NCBI GenBank assembly: GCA_963716255.1
Contig: OY970303.1
Location: forward strand, 1,312,001 to 1,376,000
Length of the DNA stretch: 64,000 nucleotides
DNA from: an uncultured Gemmatimonadales bacterium
GTDB taxonomy: Bacteria; Gemmatimonadota; Gemmatimonadetes; Longimicrobiales; Longimicrobiaceae
Reading direction: 5' to 3'
Shown piece by piece: positions 45,602-53,907 of this stretch. The notes under the pieces were generated by a model that worked only from the letters and a program-made list of their open reading frames with translations, made no database searches and was not told the origin of the DNA. The translations under genes were made by a program, and so were the position numbers. Numbering within the stretch: the stretch's first letter is position 1; each line of letters begins with the position of its first letter.

Positions 45602-48055
45602 TCACTCGCCGTACGGCACCCAGATGTTCTTGACCTGCGTCGCCTGGCGCAGGAACTCGCGCCCCTCGCCCTGCTCCGCCACGGACCAGTCGCGCCCCCG
45701 GCCGTAGTCGACCCAGGTGCGCTTCATGTTCCCCGCGGAAAGCCGCTCGACGTCCGTGCTCCCCTGCGCCGTGCCGAAGTACCAGACGCCGTCCACGTCG
45801 TCGTGCGACGCCAGCGTCCCGGCGAGCTCCTCGCGCAGCCCGGTGACGATGTTGATGACGCCGCCCGGAACATCGGAGGTGTCCAGCACCTGGTAGAAGT
45901 CGGTCGCCGCGAGCGGGAAGCGCTCCGAGGGCACCGCGACCACCGTGTTGCCCACCGCGACCGCCGGCGCCACCAGCGACACGAAGCCCAGCAGCGGCGC
46001 CTCGTCCGGGCAGACGATGCCCAGCACGCCCAGCGGCTCGTTCATGGCCAGGGTGACGTTGCGGAACGGGGTCTGGTGCACCAGCCCGTCGTACTTGTCC
46101 GCCCACGCGGCCCAGGTGTACAGCCGGCGGATGGAGGCGTCCACCTCGCGCGCCGCGGCGGCCTCGTCGCCGCTCCCCCGGGCCAGCCGCCGCGCGAACT
46201 CCTCGCCGCGCGCCGCCAGGTTCTCGGCCACGTAGAAGAGCACCTGCGCGCGGTTGTGCGCCGTCTGCCTGGCCCACCTGGCCGCCTTGTGCGCCGCCTC
46301 CACGGCGTTGCGCAGGTCCTTGCGGTTGCCGCGCCCCACCTCGCCCAGCTGCCGCCCGTCGGCGCCGCGCACCGGGAGCGAGTACCCGGAATCCGGCCGC
46401 GCCTGCTTGCCGCCCACGTACAGCTTCGCCGTCCGGTCGATGGGCGGCGGCCCCGCCGGCGCCACCGCCGCAGCCACATCGGACTCAGCCGCCTCAGCCG
46501 TCGCCGTTGCCGGCTGTTCCCTGTGGAGCTGCGGGCCCTCGCTCGCTTCGCTCCCTGTTCCCTGTTCCCTGCCCTTCTTGTTTTCCTGCCACCCCGCCTT
46601 GACGTACTCCCACAGCCCTTCCCTACCGCCCTCGCGCCCGAAGCCGCTCTCGCGGTAGCCGCCGAAGCCGGAGGCCGCGTCGAAGACGTTGGTGCAGTTG
46701 ATCCACACCGTGCCGGCGACCAGCTTGGGCGCGATGTCGAGCGCCAGGTTGACGCTTTCCGTCCACACGCTGGCGGCCAGCCCGTAACGGGTGTTGTTGG
46801 CCAGCTCCACCGCCTCGCCCGGGGTGCGGAAGGTCATCAGCACCACCACCGGCCCGAAGATCTCCTCCTGGGCGACGACGGAGGAGGGGGACACGTCGGT
46901 GAAGAGCGAGGGCGGGAAGAAGCACCCTTCCTGCGGGCAGCTCCACGACGGCTGCCACAGGGTGGCGCCCTCGTCCTGTCCCTGCCGGACCAGCTCCTGG
47001 ATCTTCTGGAGCTGCTGCGGCGAGTTGATGGCGCCGATGTCGACCGCCTTGTCCAGCGGGTCGCCCACGCGCAGCGTTTCCATGCGGGCGCGCAGCTTGG
47101 CGACCAGCCGGTCGGCGATCCCCTCCTGGGCCAGGATGCGCGAGCCGGCGCAGCAGACCTGCCCCTGGTTGAACCAGATGGCGTCCACCACGCCCTCCAC
47201 CACGCTGTCCAGGTCGGCGTCCTCGAACACCACGAAGGGCGATTTGCCGCCCAGCTCCAGCGACAGCTTCTTGCCGCTCCCGGCCGTGGCGATGCGGATG
47301 ATGCGCCCCACCTCGGTGCTGCCGGTGAAGGCGATCTTGTCCACGCCGGGGTGCTCCACCACCAGCGATCCCGTGCGCCCGTCGCCGGTGACCACGTTGA
47401 CCACGCCGGGCGGGAGCCCCACCTCGCGGCACACGTCGGCGAAGAGGAGCGCGGTGAGCGAGGTGAACTCGGCGGGCTTGAGCACCACCGTGTTCCCCAT
47501 GGCCAGCGCGGGGGCGATCTTCCACGACAGCATCAGCAGCGGGAAGTTCCACGGGATGATCTGCCCCACGACGCCGACCGGCACGGCGCCGGGGAGCTCG
47601 ACCTCCATGAGCTGCGCCCACCCGGCGTGGTGGTAGAAGTGCCGCGCCGCCAGGGGGATGTCGATGTCGCGCGACTCGCGGATGGGCTTGCCGTTGTCCA
47701 GGGACTCCAGCACGGCGAAGAGGCGCGAGTGCTTCTGGAGCTGGCGCGCGAGGGCGTACAGGTAGCGCGCCCGGGCGTGGCCGCCCATGGCGCGCCAGCC
47801 GGCGAGCGCCCCGCGCGCGGCGCTCACGGCGTCCTCCACGTCCCGGGGCCCGGCCTGCGCCAGCCGCGCGAGCGCCTTTCCGTTGGCGGGGTTGGTGGTC
47901 TCGAAGTGCTCCCCCGACCGCGGCTCGCGCCACTCCCCGGCGACGAACAGCTTCATCGTGCGGTCCCGCTCGTCCAGCCAGCGGTCGGCCAGCGACGCGC
48001 TCTCGGGGGCGGGTCCGTATTCCATGGTCTCGAAGATCTCGGCGATGCTGCTCAT
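45602..48055 (-). CDS. Long aldehyde dehydrogenase (full ALDH domain plus partial second domain)
   Basis: IIPWNFP, FTGSTEVG, LELGGK, NQGQVCCAG, EEIFGPV; second truncated ALDH-like half. Confidence 0.93.
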   Translation of the reverse strand: MSSIAEIFETMEYGPAPESASLADRWLDERDRTMKLFVAGEWREPRSGEHFETTNPANGKALARLAQAGPRDVEDAVSAARGALAGWRAMGGHARARYLYALARQLQKHSRLFAVLESLDNGKPIRESRDIDIPLAARHFYHHAGWAQLMEVELPGAVPVGVVGQIIPWNFPLLMLSWKIAPALAMGNTVVLKPAEFTSLTALLFADVCREVGLPPGVVNVVTGDGRTGSLVVEHPGVDKIAFTGSTEVGRIIRIATAGSGKKLSLELGGKSPFVVFEDADLDSVVEGVVDAIWFNQGQVCCAGSRILAQEGIADRLVAKLRARMETLRVGDPLDKAVDIGAINSPQQLQKIQELVRQGQDEGATLWQPSWSCPQEGCFFPPSLFTDVSPSSVVAQEEIFGPVVVLMTFRTPGEAVELANNTRYGLAASVWTESVNLALDIAPKLVAGTVWINCTNVFDAASGFGGYRESGFGREGGREGLWEYVKAGWQENKKGREQGTGSEASEGPQLHREQPATATAEAAESDVAAAVAPAGPPPIDRTAKLYVGGKQARPDSGYSLPVRGADGRQLGEVGRGNRKDLRNAVEAAHKAARWARQTAHNRAQVLFYVAENLAARGEEFARRLARGSGDEAAAAREVDASIRRLYTWAAWADKYDGLVHQTPFRNVTLAMNEPLGVLGIVCPDEAPLLGFVSLVAPAVAVGNTVVAVPSERFPLAATDFYQVLDTSDVPGGVINIVTGLREELAGTLASHDDVDGVWYFGTAQGSTDVERLSAGNMKRTWVDYGRGRDWSVAEQGEGREFLRQATQVKNIWVPYGE

Positions 48056-48082
48056 GTCGTTTCCGGGAAGCCGTTCAGGCGG

Positions 48083-48305
48083 TCATTCTTCAAAAAGGGC
48101 GCGAGCAAGACCGGACTGGCGAATGATGGAGAGGAGCGTCCCGGTCTGCAGCTCGGAGTGATCCGGAACGGGAACGGTGATCGTGGAGCCGCGCATTCGC
48201 TTCTGCATGACGACGTGACTGCCACGCTGCCGCACCTGCTCGAAGCCGTGCTGTGCCAGGATCCGGCAATACTTCACGCCCGGAAAGGACGCGCAGTCTA
48301 CCCGA
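48083..48305 (-). pseudogene. hicA: HicA toxin, apparently frameshifted with loss of its start (a 64-aa GTG-started form at 48083-48277 remains possible)
   Basis: GRLRVLSGREV in one frame, CRILAQHGFEQVRQRGSHVVM..VPVPDH..GTLLSIIRQSG in the next. Confidence 0.7.
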
Positions 48306-48525
48306 CCGCCACCTCGAGCCGGGTCACATAGACTTCTCCGCGCAGCCGGTCCCGTACTTCCTCCGGATCCGCCGTCTCGACGAACAGTTCCAGGGCTTCG
48401 ACGAGGTTTCTGCGAGCGTCCTCGATCGTATCGCCCTGGCTGGCGATATCCAGCTCGGGCGAGAGTGCGACGTACCCGTCGCCCTCTCGTTCGATGATGG
48501 CAGTGAGCTGATGGACCTGCTTCAT
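48298..48525 (-). CDS. hicB: HicB-like antitoxin (short form)
   Basis: IIEREGDGYVALSPELDIASQGDTIEDARRNLVEALELF; GGAGG RBS. Confidence 0.88.
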   Translation of the reverse strand: MKQVHQLTAIIEREGDGYVALSPELDIASQGDTIEDARRNLVEALELFVETADPEEVRDRLRGEVYVTRLEVAVG

Positions 48526-48620
48526 TGGCGTACCTCCGATCGGTCAGGACGGGCTCGTGCGCCGCTGGACCGTCCAATGTAGCCTGCCGGCCATCGTCGT
48601 TCAACGCATGGGGAGCCGGA

Positions 48621-49454
48621 TCACCGGTCGCGCGTCCAGATGACCAGGGTGCCGCACTGCAACGTGTCGGTGCGGAACTCGGGCGGGGTGCCGCCGCCGG
48701 GGCGGTAGAACTCGATGGCCTCGATCCCGTGGGAGGCGAAGGAGTTCAGGTCCGGCGGCGGGCTGGTGGCGTCGGCGCCCCAGCTCTGGCCGTAGATGCG
48801 CATGCCGTCCAGGAACACCTGCGCGTAGCAGGGGCGGGGCGGCTTGCCGCTGAGCGCCCCGGGGGTGGTGCCGGTGCCGCGCTCGGTGGCGATGAAGACC
48901 CCGCTGCCGTCGCCGCTGGAAACCATGCGCAGCCCCGGGACCGCCCTCCGCATGATCTCGGTGAGCTTGCGATCTCCCTGCCGCTCCAGCTGCTCGCGGG
49001 TGAGGAAGAAGCCGGTCGCCCGCTGGCGGCGCGCCTCGAAGGCGCGCATCCGCGCCGGCACGGCCATGGCCGTGACCGTCACCGGGGCCATGGAGGTGGG
49101 CGCCGCCGCGAGGAGCAGCGTGTGCTCCGCGGAGGCGCCGGCGGAAACCGTGACCTTCATCTGCAGCGGCGCGTAGCCCAGGCGCTGCACCTGCAGGTCG
49201 TGGGTGCCGGCCGGGAGCCCCTCCACGGCGAAGCGGCCCAGGCTGTCGGTGAGCGCGCCCCGGCCGAGCGCGGGGAGCGACACCTGGGCCCCCGCCACGG
49301 GGAGGTTGCCGGCGCGCTCGCGGACCGTGCCCCGGAGCGCCGCGTCCTGCGCGGCCGCGCCGCCGGCGGCGGCCAGCAGAGCCGCGAAGGCCAGGAGCGC
49401 GGCGCGGAGGGTGCCCGCGAGGGAGGCAAGGCGGCGGGTCGAGTGAAGGAGCAT
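48621..49454 (-). CDS. Secreted protein with carboxypeptidase-regulatory-like and TonB-plug-like domains
   Basis: PVAGAQV, TDSLGRF, RLGY; IEAIEFY..CGTLVIWTR C-terminus. Confidence 0.7.
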   Translation of the reverse strand: MLLHSTRRLASLAGTLRAALLAFAALLAAAGGAAAQDAALRGTVRERAGNLPVAGAQVSLPALGRGALTDSLGRFAVEGLPAGTHDLQVQRLGYAPLQMKVTVSAGASAEHTLLLAAAPTSMAPVTVTAMAVPARMRAFEARRQRATGFFLTREQLERQGDRKLTEIMRRAVPGLRMVSSGDGSGVFIATERGTGTTPGALSGKPPRPCYAQVFLDGMRIYGQSWGADATSPPPDLNSFASHGIEAIEFYRPGGGTPPEFRTDTLQCGTLVIWTRDR

Positions 49455-49507
49455 GGGGGCGAAGCGTGTGGAGGGGATCGGGGGAGCAGCGGACGCCGGG
49501 ACGACCT

Positions 49508-49903
49508 TCAGTCGGTTCCTGCCGGAAGCCGGTCGATGGATTCTTCGGCGACGCGGATGAACTCGTCGGCATCCGCGATGAGCTGTCGGGCCGTGGCCGA
49601 GTCCACGTCGGGACCGACGCCATAGTCGCCGAGGTTGCGGATCGCCGCTGCTTCGATCAGCTGCCGGTGCATGCTCGCCGGGAGAACCCCGCTGCGGGCG
49701 AAGTGCTGTCCGAACGCGGCGTGCACGGCCGAGTGCTTCGAGAACTTCAGGCCGCGGCCACGGAGGAATGCGTCGGCGACGTAGAACATCGCGTAGTACG
49801 CCCGCGATGCGGCGAAGTCGTAGTGGTGCTCGCCGAGCAGGAGCCGGGCCGCGTCCGCGCTGCTGCGCGCCTTGCGGAGGAGGCCTGCCTGGTCAGGCGT
49901 CAT
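49508..49903 (-). CDS. HEPN domain protein
   Basis: AASRAYYAMFY, SKHSAV, RNLGDY; overlaps the MNT stop (ATGA). Confidence 0.88.
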   Translation of the reverse strand: MTPDQAGLLRKARSSADAARLLLGEHHYDFAASRAYYAMFYVADAFLRGRGLKFSKHSAVHAAFGQHFARSGVLPASMHRQLIEAAAIRNLGDYGVGPDVDSATARQLIADADEFIRVAEESIDRLPAGTD

Positions 49904-50220
49904 ACGGCGACGCCTTCGCTGCGGACGTTGAGCACGAAGGGGCTCGCCTCGGAGTGGAAGCGCTCCGCGGAGAGGAAGGTGACGGCCACGTCCAGCCCGG
50001 TGCGGAGCGACACGTCCGACACCATCCCGCCGGTCCGCCGGATCTCCTGGACGGGCCGCACCTCACCGTGAAGCACCACCAGCACGTCTACGTCGGACTC
50101 GGGGGTGGCGTCGCCGCGCGCCTGGGAGCCGAACAGGACCATGCGCTCCAGGCGCGGTCCGTACAGCCCTTCCAGCCCGCCGCGCAGCTCCGCGACGATC
50201 CTGGACACGGTGTCGGTCAA
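49900..50220 (-). CDS. Minimal nucleotidyltransferase (MNT) antitoxin
   Basis: LFGSQARGDATPESDVDVLVV; GGAGG RBS + TTG start. Confidence 0.88.
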   Translation of the reverse strand: MTDTVSRIVAELRGGLEGLYGPRLERMVLFGSQARGDATPESDVDVLVVLHGEVRPVQEIRRTGGMVSDVSLRTGLDVAVTFLSAERFHSEASPFVLNVRSEGVAV

Positions 50221-50441
50221 GGGTCCACCTCCGGCGAACGAGACTGTGCGCGAGGCGGCGCGGCGCCGCACGCTGAATGTACGTCCGCGGCCGCCGCACC
50301 TCAACGTATGCGACGGCCGGTGGGGATCTCCGCCGCCGGGTCGCCGGCGGGCGGGGCGGACGGCATCCTTTACATCCTGCCCGACCTCCGGACATATTTC
50401 GCGACACGAAACATCCACCCACCCGGCACCCGGAGGATCCA

Positions 50442-50606
50442 GTGCAGAACCACGCCCAGCAGGTCCGCAAGCTCGTGCTCAACCGCGAGACGGTCCGCAA
50501 CCTCACCCGCAGCGGGTCCGTGCCCCTCACCGGGGTATCCAACACCAACTGCCTGTGCAGCGAGAGCGGCTGCAACCCGTCCGTCACCATCTGCACGGCG
50601 CAGTAG
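50442..50606 (+). CDS. Putative RiPP (lanthipeptide-like) precursor peptide 1, 54 aa
   Basis: GGAGG RBS + GTG; MQNHAQQVRKLVLNRETVRNLTRSGSVPLTGVSNTNCLCSESGCNPSVTICTAQ. Confidence 0.75.
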   Translation: MQNHAQQVRKLVLNRETVRNLTRSGSVPLTGVSNTNCLCSESGCNPSVTICTAQ

Positions 50607-50699
50607 CCGGCGGACGGGCCGCTTTCGCCGCGGTTCGGTAGATGCATCGCCGGCGCGCACGGCTGTCAGCGTGGGCCCACCTGAACCGGAGCGCCGGCG

Positions 50700-50906
50700 A
50701 TGCAAGACGAACTTGAGGGGACGATCACCCGGATCAAGCCGCTCGCCGATTCGGTGGTGGAGGCCGCGATGGCGCTCAACGCCGCCATCCGCGGCGCCTG
50801 CGAGCAGGGGCTCACGGTGCGGCTGGACGTGGTGGAGGAGCACCGGGAGAGCGACGACGAGCCCGTGCCCATGGTGCGCGCCAGGATCTCCAAGCGCATT
50901 GCCTGA
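50700..50906 (+). CDS. Small hypothetical protein
   Basis: 68-aa ORF, GGAG upstream, host-like codons. Confidence 0.55.
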   Translation: MQDELEGTITRIKPLADSVVEAAMALNAAIRGACEQGLTVRLDVVEEHRESDDEPVPMVRARISKRIA

Positions 50907-50937
50907 GCGCGGCGGAACCCCTCATCCTGCGAGGCGT

Positions 50938-51699
50938 GTGAGCGAGGAATTCCGGGACCACTTCTCGGGCGTGGCGGAAGGGTACGCGCGCTTCCGCCCC
51001 GGGTACCCGGCGGCGCTGTTCGCGTGGCTGGCGGAGCGCGCGCCGGGGCGGGGGCTGGCGTGGGACTGCGCCACCGGGAGCGGCCAGGCGGCGCTGGGGC
51101 TCGCGGAACACTTCCGGCGCGTGGTGGCGACGGACGCCAGCGCGGAGCAGGTGGCCGCTGCCCGCCCGCACGCCGGGGTGGACTTCCGCGTCGCGCCGGC
51201 GGAGCGGAGCGGCCTGGACGACGACGCGGCCGACCTGGTGACGGTGGCCCAGGCGCTCCACTGGTTCGACGTGCCCGCGTTCTTTCGCGAGGCGAGGCGC
51301 GTCCTCCGCCCCGGCGGCCTGCTCGCCGCCTGGTGCTACGGCAACCCCGTCCTGCCGGACCCGGCGCTGGACGGCGCGCTCTCCGCCTTCATCGACGGCG
51401 CCGTGGGCCCGTACTGGCCCCCGGAGCGCCGCCTGATCCTGGAGGGCTACGCCACCCTCGCCTTTCCCTTCCGCGAGATCGCGCCGCCGCCTCTGGCCAT
51501 GGAGGCGGACCTCACCCTGGACGGCTTCGCGGGGTACCTGCGCACCTGGTCCGCGACGACCCGGTACGTCGCCGCCCACGGTCTGGACCCCGTCGACGGC
51601 CTGGTGGAGGAGCTGCGCCCCGCCTGGGGCGACCCCGACGCGCCCCGCCGCGTCCGCTGGCCGCTCGCCTTCCGCGTGGGCTACGCCGAAGCGGAGTAG
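50938..51699 (+). CDS. Class I SAM-dependent methyltransferase
   Basis: DHFS..Y..FRPGYP, WDCATGSGQ, VAQALHWFD, LRPGG. Confidence 0.9.
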   Translation: MSEEFRDHFSGVAEGYARFRPGYPAALFAWLAERAPGRGLAWDCATGSGQAALGLAEHFRRVVATDASAEQVAAARPHAGVDFRVAPAERSGLDDDAADLVTVAQALHWFDVPAFFREARRVLRPGGLLAAWCYGNPVLPDPALDGALSAFIDGAVGPYWPPERRLILEGYATLAFPFREIAPPPLAMEADLTLDGFAGYLRTWSATTRYVAAHGLDPVDGLVEELRPAWGDPDAPRRVRWPLAFRVGYAEAE

Positions 51700-51708
51700 C
51701 GCGGCCGC

Positions 51709-51873
51709 CCCCCCCAAAAACTTGTGCGGAGGGAGACCCGCCGGCAGTTTGGCGGGGCTCCCGCAGCTGGAGCGGAGACACCGGGGCGGTTTCCGGTGGC
51801 TCCCGGGGTACCCGCGAAGCGGGTCGCCGCGCAGGAGACGGACGGCAGTATCGTCCGGCTCCGGAGCGGCCCC
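51709..51873 (+). repeat. Family-2 modular hairpin repeat, copy E
   Basis: Three GAGAC..GGCTC modules; the first is identical to the module in family-1 copy 1. Confidence 0.85.
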
Positions 51874-51905
51874 GCCCCAGCACGCAGCCCTTTCCGACAG
51901 GACCG

Positions 51906-53045
51906 ATGCCGACCGACAACACCCCCGTCTGGGACGACCACCCGGGACTCGCCCTGCCCTCGCTGGAGGGGGACGTGGACGCGGACGTGTGCGTGGTGGG
52001 GCTGGGCGGCTCGGGGCTGGCGTGCGTGGGGGAGCTGCTGGGGCTGGGCGCGCGGGTGGTGGGAATCGACGCGGGGCCGGTGGCGGGCGGCGCGGCGGGG
52101 CGCAACGGCGGGTTCCTGCTGGCGGGGACCTACCACTTCTACCACGACGCGGTGGAGCGGTACGGACACGCCCGCGCGCTGCGCCTGTACCGGCTGACGC
52201 TGGCGGAGATGGAACGCATGGCGGGGGAGACGCCGGAGGCGGTGCGGCGGACCGGCTCGGTGCGCGTGGCGTCGACGGCGGAGGAGGAGGACGACTGCCG
52301 GGCGCAGCTGGACGCCATGCGCGCGGACGGGCTCCCCGCGGAGCCGTACGAGGGCCCGGAGGGGCGCGGCCTGCTGATCCCCTCGGACGCCGCCTTCCAC
52401 CCCGTGCTCCGCTGCCGGGTGCTCGCCCGGCGCGCGGCGGAGCGGGGCGGACGCCTCTTCGAGCGCTCGCCCGCACTGTCGGTCTCGGGGACGGAGGTGG
52501 CGACGGAGCGCGGCCGGGTGCGCTGCGGCCGGGTGGTGGTGGCGGTGGACGGACGCCTGGACGCCGTGCTCCCGGAGCTCGCCGGGCGGGTGCGCACGGC
52601 GCGCCTGCAGATGCTCGCCACGGCCCCGGCGCCCGAGGTGCGCATCCCGCGCCCGGTGTACGCGCGCTGGGGCTACGAGTACTGGCAGCAGCTTCCGGAC
52701 GGGCGCGTGGCGCTGGGCGGTTTCCGCGACCACGCGGACGAGTGGACGCACGCGGCGGAGCCGTCGGCGCGGGTGCAGGAGCTTCTGGAGCGCTTTCTCC
52801 GCGAGAGGATCGGGGTGCGCGCGCCGGTGACGCACCGCTGGGCGGCGTCGGTGGGGTACACGGCGGACAGGCTCCCGGTGCTGGAGGAGGTGCGCCCCGG
52901 GGTGTACGCGGCGGGCGGCTACAGCGGGACGGGCAACGTGGTGGGGGCGCTGTGCGGCCGGGCCGCGGCGCAGCTCGCCGTGCAGGGCGCCTCGGAGATC
53001 GCGGACGCGTTCTCCGCGGACGCTCCGGCCCCGGCGGCGCGGTGA
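51906..53045 (+). CDS. FAD-dependent oxidoreductase (DAO/PuuB-like)
   Basis: DVCVVGLGGSG, GAAGRNGG, GGYSGTG. Confidence 0.88.
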   Translation: MPTDNTPVWDDHPGLALPSLEGDVDADVCVVGLGGSGLACVGELLGLGARVVGIDAGPVAGGAAGRNGGFLLAGTYHFYHDAVERYGHARALRLYRLTLAEMERMAGETPEAVRRTGSVRVASTAEEEDDCRAQLDAMRADGLPAEPYEGPEGRGLLIPSDAAFHPVLRCRVLARRAAERGGRLFERSPALSVSGTEVATERGRVRCGRVVVAVDGRLDAVLPELAGRVRTARLQMLATAPAPEVRIPRPVYARWGYEYWQQLPDGRVALGGFRDHADEWTHAAEPSARVQELLERFLRERIGVRAPVTHRWAASVGYTADRLPVLEEVRPGVYAAGGYSGTGNVVGALCGRAAAQLAVQGASEIADAFSADAPAPAAR

Positions 53046-53275
53046 ACGCCGGGCCCTCACCCGGCTCGCCTGAGGCTCGCCACCCTCGCCCTTCATCCGG
53101 TTCACGCGAAGCGTGAAGCGCCATTCTGGGAGAGGGGGCCAACAGCGGTGCGCTTCGGCAAGTTCCGTGTTGGAGCAAGGAACCCTCCCCCGACCTCCCG
53201 GCGCAGATCGCAGGAACGACGAACGACACCGGCCCCGGAGGTTCACTCCGCGGGCCGGTGTCGTTTCGCGATGTC

Positions 53276-53410
53276 GCGTGAGGGATTTCGGCCCGAAGGG
53301 GCGAGACCGCGCGGCTGTTTGCGCGGGCTCGACTCCGTTACGCAGCGTTGTTTGCTGCGTTACGGAGCCGAAGCCCGACCCCGGCGCCAGCCGGGGGCAC
53401 GCCCGAACCC
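53276..53410 (+). repeat. Family-1 repeat, copy 7
   Basis: Direct match to copy 1. Confidence 0.9.
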
Positions 53411-53429
53411 GCCCTTCAAAGCCGTTCCT

Positions 53430-53846
53430 CTACGGACGCGAGATGGACAGAACGTACCCGCTGGTGGATGAACGGACGCCGCTGGCGGGGTCCACCACCT
53501 CCTGGACGGTGGCGCGGTAGGCGGATGCCCGGCCCACGTCGGGGACGGTGAAGCGCACGAGCGGCCCGCTGGAGATGCGCCCGAAGACGGCGGCCCGGAA
53601 CGACGTGCCGCCGGTGCGGGCGTGGACCGAGTAGCCGCTCCCCGCGTCGGCCACGGCGGTGGCCTCGTCCGGCCCGGTGACCGTGATGAGCACGGCGCGG
53701 TCGTCCGGGAACGGGGTGGTGAGCGCCACCGTGAGCGCGCCCGGCCGCGGGGTCTCCGGCGCCACCCCCATCCCGGCGTCGCCGCAGGCGGAGAGCGCGG
53801 CCGCGGCGAGGCCGGCGAGGACGAGGGCGAAGCGGCGTGCGATCAT
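53430..53846 (-). CDS. Small beta-rich lipoprotein
   Basis: LSAC lipobox; alternating beta-strand pattern. Confidence 0.7.
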   Translation of the reverse strand: MIARRFALVLAGLAAAALSACGDAGMGVAPETPRPGALTVALTTPFPDDRAVLITVTGPDEATAVADAGSGYSVHARTGGTSFRAAVFGRISSGPLVRFTVPDVGRASAYRATVQEVVDPASGVRSSTSGYVLSISRP

Positions 53847-53907
53847 CGGGGGGCTCCGTGGCGGGGCGTGGGGGTGGGACGCGATGCGGCGGGAGTAGCG
53901 GCGGGGC

